A stretch of DNA of 64,000 nucleotides from an uncultured Woeseiaceae bacterium (GTDB taxonomy: Bacteria > Pseudomonadota > Gammaproteobacteria > Steroidobacterales > Woeseiaceae), in contig CAZSKQ010000001.1 in the NCBI GenBank assembly GCA_964607425.1, positions 27,784-91,783 on the forward strand, in the 5' to 3' direction. Numbering within the stretch: the first letter of the stretch is position 1; the number at the start of each line of letters is the position of its first letter. Position numbers and translations under genes: made by a program. A model generated the notes under the pieces. The model saw nothing but the letters and a program-made list of their open reading frames with translations. It ran no database searches and was not told the DNA's origin. Below, piece by piece: positions 9,438-18,572 of this stretch.

Positions 9438-10261
9438 GCGGACTCGAATCGCCGCAGCAGCGTGTCGAGCAGCAGCGCCCGATCTTCCTCGAAGATCTGG
9501 ACGTGCTCTATGTACGGCAGGAAATCGACCGCGACATCGCGGGTGTCGAGTTCGGGAAACATGGCGGCGAACTGGCCGGTGCCATGGAACGTGTCAATGC
9601 TGCCGCCGGTATAGACATAATGCACGTGGACTCCGCGGCCGAGCAGGACGCGGAGGATCCGCGTGGCTTCTTCCCGGTCCATGTACTGGTAGTCGATGAG
9701 CGTACCTTCGAATCCTTCGACACTCGAAGAACTCTGGCCGTTTCCAGGCAGGCGGACGACGCCCGCGATCTTCAGCAGCCGGTATATGAGCCGGTTCAAT
9801 GTATAGCGCGTGCAGTAGCTCCGTACGCGCCACCAGGGCGTCTCGTAAGCGTGCGGATCGATCAGGATCACGCCCCGTACGCGCTCATCGCCTTCCGCGT
9901 ACCGCAACGCATCCTCCGCGCCCGAGCACAAACCGCCGACGATGAATTCGCACAGGCCGTACTCTTGCTCGAGGAAAGCCAGCGCTTCCCGGATATCCCG
10001 CTCCGTTCTTGCCGCCAGCGGCAGCCCCGGGGTGTCGACCTGGCTCAGCCCGATACCGCCGAGATCGAAGCGCAGCGTAACGCAGCCGTCGCCTGCCAGC
10101 CTGCGCGCCCACTCCGCGTACAGGCGGTAAGGGCCCGGCTTCGCCGTCAGGCCGGCTGACACCAGGACGCACGCGACCCCCGGGCGCCGGGTCGCGAGCG
10201 GCAAGCTCACGACGCCCTTCAGGCGGCCTCCCGTACCGAACTGGCACGCGATCTCCTTCAC
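9392..10261 (-). CDS. Alpha/beta hydrolase with Cys at the nucleophile elbow (resembles exosortase-A-associated hydrolase 1)
   Basis: 289 aa, GTG start overlapping the upstream stop (GTGA). Fold markers VLVSAGL, RFDLGGIG, elbow GGLCSGA (G-x-C-x-G). Its 3' end overlaps the convergent heparinase-like gene by 46 nt. Confidence 0.7.
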   Translation of the reverse strand: MKEIACQFGTGGRLKGVVSLPLATRRPGVACVLVSAGLTAKPGPYRLYAEWARRLAGDGCVTLRFDLGGIGLSQVDTPGLPLAARTERDIREALAFLEQEYGLCEFIVGGLCSGAEDALRYAEGDERVRGVILIDPHAYETPWWRVRSYCTRYTLNRLIYRLLKIAGVVRLPGNGQSSSSVEGFEGTLIDYQYMDREEATRILRVLLGRGVHVHYVYTGGSIDTFHGTGQFAAMFPELDTRDVAVDFLPYIEHVQIFEEDRALLLDTLLRRFESAYASRGRTMSSAAAV

Positions 10262-13200
10262 CGGCCGCTACCCTGCAGCGCTTCGCCCAGGCGCTCGAGA
10301 ATGTCTTTCGCGGTAATGGCCACCGTTACGCGCGACGCCTGGCTCCAGGTAGCCGCGGTACCGGTGATCGCTTGCGGAAACCCGTCGAACACGTCCAATG
10401 CCTCGCGATATGCTCCGGCGTAATCGGGTGACAGCACCAAGCGGATATCCGCGGCCTCGGGCAGATCGCTCCTGTGCAGCCGCAGTGCCTGGAGATCGGC
10501 AATCGCCGCATCGCTGTAGCGGGTCCCTACCAATTCTTCGCCGCCGGGAATCGGGCGCGGTTTCCGGAGATTGCGTTTCAGCATCAGCTTCCGGGCTTTC
10601 TCCTGCGACATGCGCAGGAGTTCGCGATACCAGGGTGCACCGTCGGTGAGCGGATCCCAGAAAACCCACCTGTCGACCAGGTCCGCCGGCAGCGCCTGCA
10701 ACGCGAGAGCACTCGCAAGGCGCATTGCAAACAGCCGGATGTGCGCTACCCCCGCACGCTGCCTGAGCTCCTCGGCGGCAGCGAGCAGGTCCGTGCGCCA
10801 GCGCGCGGGCCCGCCCTCGAGATCGCTCCCGAGGGAGTCGGCCGAGCCGAAGAAGTCGAAGCGCAGTGACGGTATCCCCGCGTCCGCCAGCCGCTCCATC
10901 AGGTTACGCAGGAGAAAATGACAGCGTGTGTATTCAAACCCCAATGGCGGGCAGATCAGCACCGGTGGCGAAGTGGACTCGGCGCGCGCGGGGCTGTAGA
11001 CGCCATACAAGCTGTCGCCGGACCCGAAGTAAAACGTCGAGACGGGCCAGATCTCGCGCGTCATTGCCGCACCGGCCGCGGGCTCCGCCTTGCCCGCGTG
11101 CTCGTCGATCCTGTGTGCCAGGATCCAGAGGGACTCCCGTAGCACGTCCATGCCGTCCAGGCGATAGCCGAGTTCCCGCTCGACAAGAAAGATCATTTCC
11201 ATCGCAAGCAGCGAATCGCCGCCGAGCAGCATGAAATTGTCATCCAGGCTCACGCGCTCGACCTTCAAAAGGTCGCGCCAGATTCGTGCCACCGCCTTTT
11301 CGGTTTCGTTCACGGGCGGGTTCGCTGTCGCCGGCGCTGCAAAGGAAGGCTGCGGCAACCGGCGCCGGTCGATCTTCAGGTTGTGATTGAGCGGCAGCTC
11401 ATCCAGAGCCACGTAAAAGGCAGGCACCATGTAGTCGGGCAACCTCGACACCATGTGCGCGCGCAGGGTCTCGGGGTTGGCGCGCCCGCTGTCGTCCGGC
11501 ACGTACCAGCCTACGAGCACCGCCTCGCCGCGTTGATGCGCATGCGCGGCCGCCACGGCCTCGCGCACACCGGGAGCCTGGCGCAGGTGGTAATCCACCT
11601 CCGCGAGCTCGATTCGCATGCCTCGCAGCTTGAGCTGGAAATCCCGCCGTCCGAGCAGCTCCAGGTCTCCGCTTTCGGTCAGGCGGCCCCGGTCGCCCAT
11701 GTGATACCACCTGGTGCCATCCTTTTCGACGAAACGTAAGTTGGCTTGCAGCTTACGGTTCACGTAGCCGGCCACGACCCCGGGTCCGCCGAAGCAGACG
11801 TCGCCGGCCACGCCGACCGGCACCCGGTTACCGTCGTCATCGAGCACGAGCAGGTGCACGTTTGCGAACGGCTTGCCGACCAGGGTTCGCTCCACGCGCT
11901 CGCTGGAGCAGTCCCAGGTGCAGCCCATCAGGGCAATCTCGCTGCTGCCGTAGATCACGTACAGCTCGGCCGCGGTGAAGATCTCCCGCAGCTCGCGCAG
12001 CAGCTCCGGCGGGACCATGTCGCCGCCGGAGGAGGCGTGCCGAACGCGCTGAAATTCGCTGTCGGGATCGCTGACGTTTTCACGGATGTACCGTACCAGG
12101 CTCTTCAGCAGCGACGGCCCGATGTGGAACAGCGTGACTTCCCGCAGGGTAGCCGTCATGCGAGCCAGATCGAGCACGTGCTCTCGTTCCAGCACCAGCA
12201 GCGTGCCGCCGACCGACAGCGCAGCCGTGAGCTCGAACAAGCTGATGCTGAACGTGAACGCTGCGACCGCGGGAATCACGTCGTTGGCGTCGATCGCGTA
12301 GCGCAAGCGCGAGACGTTGACGATATGGCTCAGGTTAGCGTGCGTTCCGGCTACGCCCTTCGGCTGCCCGGTGCTTCCCGACGTGTAGTACACGTAGGCA
12401 AGCTGCTCGGGCCGGATGTGAACCCGGGGAGCCACGGCAGGTTCGTTCGTGAACGAGGCCGGAGGATCGTCGAGGTTGATCCGGGCGATATCGAAACCCT
12501 CGACCGCGCGGGCGGAGCGCGTCGACGTGAGGATCAGTTCCGGGCGCGTGTCCTCGACGATGGCGCGCGTCCTGAACTCCGGATGCAGCGGATTCACCGG
12601 CACGTACGCAGCGCCGGCCTTCAGGATTCCGAGCAGCGCCACCGCGATGTGGAAGGACGGCTCGAGGCAGACGATGACGGCTTTACCGTCCGTGACGCCG
12701 CTTCGGTGAAGGTATGACGCCAAGCGATTGGCCCGGCGGTCCAGCTCCGCATAGCTGAGCTCGGCACCGTTGAATCGCACCGCTGCCTTGTGAGGCGTGT
12801 TCCGGGCGTGTGCCGCGACTTCATCGTGCACCCGCGTCGGACGAAAGTGCACGACCGGCCCGCGGCCGTGCCTGGCAAGCCAGGCGAGCTCCGCCGGCGT
12901 ATGCAGCCGCAGCTCCCGAACCGGGGCCGCACCCTCCCCGTCGAGCTGCTCGGCGATCAGGCTGAAATGCTCCAGCAGGCGGGCGGCAGTGCCGGCGGCC
13001 AGCAGGCTTTCGTTGTAAAGGAGGGAAACCGTCAGCGAGTCCCCGACAAACGTGAGTTCCAGCGTCACGTCGGCTTCCCGGCCGATGGTATCCGGAACGT
13101 GCGCCCGGGACCGCTGGCCGAAAGCAACGTCGACCACCAGCGGCGGCACCGCGCCGGTTGCCGGCTTCGCGTTACCAACAGCCGAGTTCGCCCGGCTCAT

Positions 13201-13530
13201 CAGCTCTGCAGCCGTGGTTGCACCGGTCACCGGTATCGTGACCATGCGGCAGGAAGCGTCGCCCATCCCCGCCAGGCGCAACACCAGCGGGATGTCCGCC
13301 TGGCCGGAATAGCGATAGAAGAGCGCCCCCGACGAGGCGACGGCAAGGTTGAGCCGCCGCTCACGCGCATCCGTCTCCGCCCGCCGCAGCAGCTTCACGG
13401 TTCGGTCGGGCGCCACCCGCGCCGGCCGGAACGGCGTATCGGGCGTCTTCAGCCGCTCCCAAGGCAGCTGCAGCGCGACATCGTCATGGGCCGGAACCGA
13501 CTGCGTTTGCGAAGCCAGGGTCGATATCAT
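10258..13530 (-). CDS. NRPS-like fusion: truncated C domain - adenylation - PCP - alpha/beta hydrolase-like domain
   Basis: 1090 aa. The N-terminal about 200 aa resemble the C-terminal half of a condensation domain. A domain: YYTSGSTGQPKGV, FTFSISLFE (no Asp at the amino-acid-code position), YHMGDRG, LKIDRR. PCP: LLGGDSLLAMEM. C-terminal alpha/beta fold: VLICPPLG, RFDFFGSADSLG, elbow FAMRLAS. Confidence 0.85.
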   Translation of the reverse strand: MISTLASQTQSVPAHDDVALQLPWERLKTPDTPFRPARVAPDRTVKLLRRAETDARERRLNLAVASSGALFYRYSGQADIPLVLRLAGMGDASCRMVTIPVTGATTAAELMSRANSAVGNAKPATGAVPPLVVDVAFGQRSRAHVPDTIGREADVTLELTFVGDSLTVSLLYNESLLAAGTAARLLEHFSLIAEQLDGEGAAPVRELRLHTPAELAWLARHGRGPVVHFRPTRVHDEVAAHARNTPHKAAVRFNGAELSYAELDRRANRLASYLHRSGVTDGKAVIVCLEPSFHIAVALLGILKAGAAYVPVNPLHPEFRTRAIVEDTRPELILTSTRSARAVEGFDIARINLDDPPASFTNEPAVAPRVHIRPEQLAYVYYTSGSTGQPKGVAGTHANLSHIVNVSRLRYAIDANDVIPAVAAFTFSISLFELTAALSVGGTLLVLEREHVLDLARMTATLREVTLFHIGPSLLKSLVRYIRENVSDPDSEFQRVRHASSGGDMVPPELLRELREIFTAAELYVIYGSSEIALMGCTWDCSSERVERTLVGKPFANVHLLVLDDDGNRVPVGVAGDVCFGGPGVVAGYVNRKLQANLRFVEKDGTRWYHMGDRGRLTESGDLELLGRRDFQLKLRGMRIELAEVDYHLRQAPGVREAVAAAHAHQRGEAVLVGWYVPDDSGRANPETLRAHMVSRLPDYMVPAFYVALDELPLNHNLKIDRRRLPQPSFAAPATANPPVNETEKAVARIWRDLLKVERVSLDDNFMLLGGDSLLAMEMIFLVERELGYRLDGMDVLRESLWILAHRIDEHAGKAEPAAGAAMTREIWPVSTFYFGSGDSLYGVYSPARAESTSPPVLICPPLGFEYTRCHFLLRNLMERLADAGIPSLRFDFFGSADSLGSDLEGGPARWRTDLLAAAEELRQRAGVAHIRLFAMRLASALALQALPADLVDRWVFWDPLTDGAPWYRELLRMSQEKARKLMLKRNLRKPRPIPGGEELVGTRYSDAAIADLQALRLHRSDLPEAADIRLVLSPDYAGAYREALDVFDGFPQAITGTAATWSQASRVTVAITAKDILERLGEALQGSGR

Positions 13531-14639
13531 CGGGAATCCAGCACCGGTGACGCCGCGGCTCCCCCGGCACGCGGCCGGACGTCGGCCGCCGTGGCAACCG
13601 CACGGACGCCCTGCCGGAACCCGTGGCGGTCGCGCGCGCGCGCCAAAAACAGCAGCAGGAGGGCCGGGTCTTCCGCCGCCGGCATGTGGAGGCGCTTCAG
13701 GGAATAGGGGTCGTCGCCGACGCTGTTGATGCCGACGTCCGTCGTGACGGCCGACCTGTAGCCGGCCTGCGCCACCGCTCTCGCGATCTGCGGATTCCAG
13801 TTACCGTTGGGGTAGCAGAAATGGAGGCAGGGTTCGCCGGTCGTCGCCTCGATATACCTGCGCGAACGGTCGAGCTGCTGCATCCGGGTTTGCTCGTCGA
13901 CGACATCCAGCCGCACATGATCGACGGTATGGCTGCCGATAGTAGCGGAACCGGATGAGCTCAGGAGCCCGAGATCTTCCTTCGACAGCGTGGCACTGCA
14001 GGGGTCGCTATCCTGTATGTCGGCAAGAGCCTTTCCCGCTGCTCTCTCCAGCCGCCCGCTGACACCGTCGACAAAGGCGTAGAACTCACGATCATCGTCG
14101 AAGTGCTTCTTCGCCAGCCGGCGCAGCTCTGCATAGGTAGCGCGAAGCGATTCGCGATCGCCGGGATTGAAAGTCAAAGAACGGGTGCCGATCCTGACCT
14201 GGGTCGGTTGTTTCAGGTTCTGTATTGCATAATCGAGGCGCTCGAACCAGTACGGCGCCCGGCTGTCGAGCATGCCGGTTGCGACATAGAACACCGGCTT
14301 GATCCCGTATTCCTTCAGCACCGGCAGCGCCACCTCCATGTTATTGCGGTAGCCGTCATCGAAAGTGAGTACCACACCGTTGGGGACCATCGGCTTGTTG
14401 CCCGCCAGTATCTCCAGGGCCTCGTCGATGGACAGCCATCGGTAATGGCGGCTGATGACGGCAAGCTGGCGACGCAAGCGGTCGACGGAGAAATGGATCC
14501 TGAGGGGCTGCCAGGGGGCGGTCTTCGGATCGATAACGCTGTGCAGGCAAAGAATGAGCACGCGCCGCCGGTTGGTCCATCGAAGCCACCGGGTTATCCC
14601 GGTCCAGAGAAGAAGCCTGGCTATTGTTTTTTTTATCAT
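13527..14639 (-). CDS. Polysaccharide deacetylase (CE4/NodB family)
   Basis: 370 aa. N-terminal TM, LTFDDGYRNN, IGSHTVDH, FCYPNGNW. ATGA overlap with the downstream gene. Confidence 0.85.
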   Translation of the reverse strand: MIKKTIARLLLWTGITRWLRWTNRRRVLILCLHSVIDPKTAPWQPLRIHFSVDRLRRQLAVISRHYRWLSIDEALEILAGNKPMVPNGVVLTFDDGYRNNMEVALPVLKEYGIKPVFYVATGMLDSRAPYWFERLDYAIQNLKQPTQVRIGTRSLTFNPGDRESLRATYAELRRLAKKHFDDDREFYAFVDGVSGRLERAAGKALADIQDSDPCSATLSKEDLGLLSSSGSATIGSHTVDHVRLDVVDEQTRMQQLDRSRRYIEATTGEPCLHFCYPNGNWNPQIARAVAQAGYRSAVTTDVGINSVGDDPYSLKRLHMPAAEDPALLLLFLARARDRHGFRQGVRAVATAADVRPRAGGAAASPVLDSR

Positions 14640-14779
14640 GCCTCACCATTCGGCCGCACAGGCGGCTCTCTCGTCATGGCGATAGGGCAAGGGTGGCTCC
14701 CTCTCCACCGCCTCGCCGATGCGCGCACTCCGCGCGATCCTGTCCGCCCCGTCATGATATCAGTAAAATGCGATGCATA

Positions 14780-15982
14780 TCAGGTACATGGCGCCAGAAT
14801 CCCGTCCCATTGCGCGGCGACGTTCGAAGTGGCCAGGCGCATGGCATCGCGGCGTGCCCGGGCACCGAGCGTTCGGCGAAGCGCTGCATCCTCGCAAAGA
14901 AGCGAGAGCTTTTCCGCGAAAGCGTCGACGCTCGAGGGTGTGACGAGATACCCGTTGATGCCATCCTGGACCAGGTCGCCAAGATCGCCCACGTCGCTGA
15001 CGACAACGGGTAGCGCGCACAGCATCGCCTGCACCATGGCCTGCGACAGGCCTTCGGACTCGGAAGTCAGCACGAAAACGCGGCTGCGCTTGAGCCATGC
15101 ATGCACGTCACTCTGCCAGCCGACGAAGTCCACGCGGTCCGCAACCCCATGCGCTTCCGCGAATTCCATGAGCTCACCGCGGAGGGGACCATCGCCGACG
15201 ATCGCCGCCCGCACGGCGCCGCCAAGGCGCGCTATGGCTTCGATCAGCACGTCGACCCTCTTCACTCGCGAGAGCCGCCCCACCAGCACGAGGTCGTAGT
15301 CCGGTGCCGCCTCCGCCGGCGCGAACAAGTCGGCATCGAAGCCTCCCGGCACGACGACGACCTGCCCGGATGCGCCCGCCCGTTCGAAGAACCGGCGCAC
15401 GCTCTGACCCATCGTGACGATGTAGTCGAACCGGCCGGCCGCTGCGAGCAGCTTCCTTTCGACATAAGGGCTCGGACCCTGCAGGCGGCGAAAGATCTGG
15501 TTTTCGGTTGCATAACCGCCGCCGTCGACTTCCCGTGCACCGCCGCCGCAGATGTACAGGGAGCGCGCCCCGATCGCACGCGCCACCAGGAGAGCAATGA
15601 GCCCGTTGACCAGCAGGTGGAAACCGCCGACGACGTCGGCCCGGCTGCGCACGGCCACGCGCACGAAGGTCGCCAGCCTCGCGGAGGTCCTGCCGCAGAG
15701 GCGCACCAGCCAGCGGGCGGGGTATACGGCCTCGACGCCGGGGATCTCCGGAACCGGCGATGCCGCAACCATGGTGATCCGCCGGATGGAACGCGAACGG
15801 GCCATCGGACGCAGGTGTGTCTCCAGCCAGTTGTCGGTGTAAAAGGTACCGGTCAGCACCACGTGCGCGCCCGCGGCCGGGAGCGGCCGCTGCTTCGGGC
15901 CCAGCCGCTCCGCGAGCCGGATGGCGCCTGACAGCAAAGTGATGAACGCCGCGATGGCAGCGCGCAGGATGGCGCGTTTCAC
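14780..15982 (-). CDS. Glycosyltransferase family 4
   Basis: 400 aa. C-terminal GT-B motif SESEGLSQAMVQAMLCALPVVVSDVGDLGDLVQDGINGYL. Confidence 0.85.
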   Translation of the reverse strand: MKRAILRAAIAAFITLLSGAIRLAERLGPKQRPLPAAGAHVVLTGTFYTDNWLETHLRPMARSRSIRRITMVAASPVPEIPGVEAVYPARWLVRLCGRTSARLATFVRVAVRSRADVVGGFHLLVNGLIALLVARAIGARSLYICGGGAREVDGGGYATENQIFRRLQGPSPYVERKLLAAAGRFDYIVTMGQSVRRFFERAGASGQVVVVPGGFDADLFAPAEAAPDYDLVLVGRLSRVKRVDVLIEAIARLGGAVRAAIVGDGPLRGELMEFAEAHGVADRVDFVGWQSDVHAWLKRSRVFVLTSESEGLSQAMVQAMLCALPVVVSDVGDLGDLVQDGINGYLVTPSSVDAFAEKLSLLCEDAALRRTLGARARRDAMRLATSNVAAQWDGILAPCT

Positions 15983-17094
15983 AGCGTTTCCTCGAACAGC
16001 CGCTCGAAGCGGCTCATCGCGACGTCAATGGCATGATGTCGTTCGAACCATGCGCGCGCGCGCACGCCGACGGCTGCGCGCTCTCCGGATTCCTGTACGA
16101 GGCGGCTGATCTCGCGGCAGAACGCATCACTGTCCGCCGCCACCGCCCCGAGGCCCTCGCGCGCGATCAGCCCGTCGGGATCCACCGTCGACACGACGGG
16201 CAGGCCCGCGCTCCACGCCTCGATGAAGGTATTCGGGAAACCTTCATAGTGCGACGTGCAACAGAGGGCGGTGGCGCCACGATATAGTTCGGCCAGCTGC
16301 TGCTTGCCGGCCGCACCGAAAAACTCGAGGTTCGGCACCGTGCGTGCGGCCTCCTGCACCTCGGGGACATAGGGGTCGGACGGATCGCCCGGCCCGACGA
16401 CGACGAAACGGAAATCCGGCAGCCGTTGCGCGACTTCCACGAACAGCGCGATGTTCTTCTCCGGGGCGATGCGGCCGACCAGAAGCAGCATCGGCGGCTT
16501 GCCGGGCGTCCCTTCGGGCGCGCCCCAACCCGGTCCGTAATCGTGACCCGGCATCGGCAGAATGGTGGCGGGCCGCCCGGTCGCCTGCTCCAGCCGCCGC
16601 CCCTGGTCGCCGGTCTGCACGATGATCCTGTTCGCCGCGCCAAGCCCGTAGCGGTAGAGCATGCCCTCGCGCAGCGAGGTGCCCCCATGCAGCCATTCGT
16701 TGCAATCGATATCGCTCGCGACCGAGAACACGAACTTGCGCCGGTGCCGGCGACACCAGAGCGCCACCTGGCCTGTCACTTCCTCTGCGCCGTTCTGGTA
16801 ATAGAGCTCGGCGTCGGCGGCGCCGAGCGCGGTATTCAGGGAACTCCAGCGGGGTATGAAGAAGCGTACGAACGGAACGCCTGCCGCACGTGCGCAGGTC
16901 TTGATTACCCGCACGTTATCGAAAGTTTCGGTCGGCGGCCCACCCTCATCCCAGGTGATCAGCGAAACCTGGTGCCCCCGGCCCGCCAGCCAGCGGGCCA
17001 GCATCGAGGTCTGGCGCTCCACCCCGCCAATGTGGCCGGTGCGCCGGCCGCTGATCATGCCGTAGGCGTTGTGGGCTACGATCGCTATTCGCAT
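15979..17094 (-). CDS. Glycosyltransferase family 4
   Basis: 371 aa. MRIAIVAHNAYG..GG.E, SHYEGFPNTFIEAWSAGLPVVST. 4-nt overlap with the next gene. Confidence 0.85.
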   Translation of the reverse strand: MRIAIVAHNAYGMISGRRTGHIGGVERQTSMLARWLAGRGHQVSLITWDEGGPPTETFDNVRVIKTCARAAGVPFVRFFIPRWSSLNTALGAADAELYYQNGAEEVTGQVALWCRRHRRKFVFSVASDIDCNEWLHGGTSLREGMLYRYGLGAANRIIVQTGDQGRRLEQATGRPATILPMPGHDYGPGWGAPEGTPGKPPMLLLVGRIAPEKNIALFVEVAQRLPDFRFVVVGPGDPSDPYVPEVQEAARTVPNLEFFGAAGKQQLAELYRGATALCCTSHYEGFPNTFIEAWSAGLPVVSTVDPDGLIAREGLGAVAADSDAFCREISRLVQESGERAAVGVRARAWFERHHAIDVAMSRFERLFEETL

Positions 17095-17353
17095 TCTCGT
17101 TCAGAATCCATCGCCGCCCGCGGGCGCAGTCTTGCTACCGATTTATATTCGTTCGGCCGCCCCCATGCGAAGCCCGGCGGCGCACCTGCACAAGGCCGGC
17201 GCGGGCGGTTTCGGTCCGGTGCATGTTCCGGGTTGCGCGTCCGCCAACCTTGTAACCTGCTTCGCGTATCGGCTCAAGGGATCAGTTCGCAATTTAATCG
17301 TGCATGAGAACGGGCGGCGGCTGCGAGCCCGGCGAGCGTGACAGGCCGCCGGG

Positions 17354-18412
17354 TCAATCCTGCACGGTACCGGTGACGGCGCCCTGCACCTGGACGCGTA
17401 CCGGTGCCTTGATCGTGTTACCCGTGACCGTGATGTCCCTCGTGTGGCGCAGCTGGATGCCGACTTCGCGGGCCGTGATGTCGTTACCCTCGATCACATG
17501 GCCTGACACCCCGCTCGATACGATGCCAAGGCTGGTGTCCAGGATGACATTGTCGAGAATCGCCGCATCAAACGCGTCGTCGTGGATGACCACAGCGGCG
17601 CCGGAGCTGGACTGAGTGGGCCTGAATCCCTCCATCCGCACGCCCGACACCACCACGTTGCGGGAATCCTTGATGTCGACCGCGTTTTCACGGTTGTGGT
17701 GGAAATAGCCGCCGCCGATATAGACTCGCTCGGCGCTGCCGCGGCTGGCGTCCCCGACCTGGACGGAATCGCCCGAGACGTCGTAGATTTCCGCATTGAG
17801 CACCCACTGGTCCGGGCCGAACAGCTTCATACCGTGGAAATCCTGCTCGTCCGCGTGCTGGCGGTTGTCACCGAAACCGTGGATGGATCCCCGGATCCAC
17901 ACGTTGCCTTGCCCAAGGCCCACCGCCGATGAGTAGCCCGAGGCCGTCCCCGGCCCCGCCACCTCGAGGTCGCGAATGACGCAGAAACTGCAGCCGCGGG
18001 AGCTGAACCAGTCACCGCGGCCGGAGCCCGCGTTGACCAGCCCACCGTCCAGGACCACGAAGGTACCGGACAGGCTCAGGTTCGTGAAACTCGCGCCGGA
18101 GGCATCGATCACGCAGGGGGCTTTGGCGCTGCCGTTACAGGAGAGCGTGTCCTTGCCGCGATCACCTGTGACCGTCCGGTCGGCCGGGTAGTCGGCCCAG
18201 ACGTCGAAGCCCAGCAGGTCGGAGGGGTCGGGGATACCGCGAAACGTTGAAGAATTCGACGGGGCGTTTACGCTGCTGCCCGCGGGACCGGGGGCAGCCT
18301 CCGGTGGCCCGGGCCGCTGGGAGGCAACGCTCGTCGCTGCCGGCGAACAGCCGGCGAGGCACGACCCGCTAGTGAGTATCGCAAGCAGCAGGCGGCCGAA
18401 CACGTGGTCCAT
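17354..18412 (-). CDS. Right-handed beta-helix lipoprotein, paralogue of the C-terminal module of the 809-aa lyase-like protein
   Basis: 352 aa. Lipobox LAGC. From about residue 53 it aligns without gaps with residues about 508-809 of the upstream gene (FRGIP.PSD.LGFDVWADY, NVWIRGSIHGFGDNRQ, GGGYFHHNRENAVDIKDSR). Confidence 0.75.
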   Translation of the reverse strand: MDHVFGRLLLAILTSGSCLAGCSPAATSVASQRPGPPEAAPGPAGSSVNAPSNSSTFRGIPDPSDLLGFDVWADYPADRTVTGDRGKDTLSCNGSAKAPCVIDASGASFTNLSLSGTFVVLDGGLVNAGSGRGDWFSSRGCSFCVIRDLEVAGPGTASGYSSAVGLGQGNVWIRGSIHGFGDNRQHADEQDFHGMKLFGPDQWVLNAEIYDVSGDSVQVGDASRGSAERVYIGGGYFHHNRENAVDIKDSRNVVVSGVRMEGFRPTQSSSGAAVVIHDDAFDAAILDNVILDTSLGIVSSGVSGHVIEGNDITAREVGIQLRHTRDITVTGNTIKAPVRVQVQGAVTGTVQD

Positions 18413-18572
18413 TGGAATCGTCGGTTCCTCGAGGGCAAACCTGCGCGATTACGAAAGCGGCCGGAGCGGTTTCACCGTCCCGGCCGCCGAACCATACTAT
18501 ATTCTCCGCCTCGCGATCACGCGCGCATTGACAAATCGCGCGCGCGACCGCGGATGGCACGGACCCGGGCGA

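Noticed and set aside
14719-14738. ATGCGCGCACTCCGCGCGAT, a possible degenerate REP between the deacetylase and GT4 genes.
   Set aside because: It has the GC palindrome but lacks the flanking CTCCTAC/GTAGGAG arm that defines the family. It is too short to call.
17300-17353. Stem-loop CCCGGCG-N12-CGCCGGG just after the stop of the 352-aa gene, considered as an intrinsic terminator.
   Set aside because: It has a large loop and no following U-tract on the minus strand, so I cannot support a terminator call.
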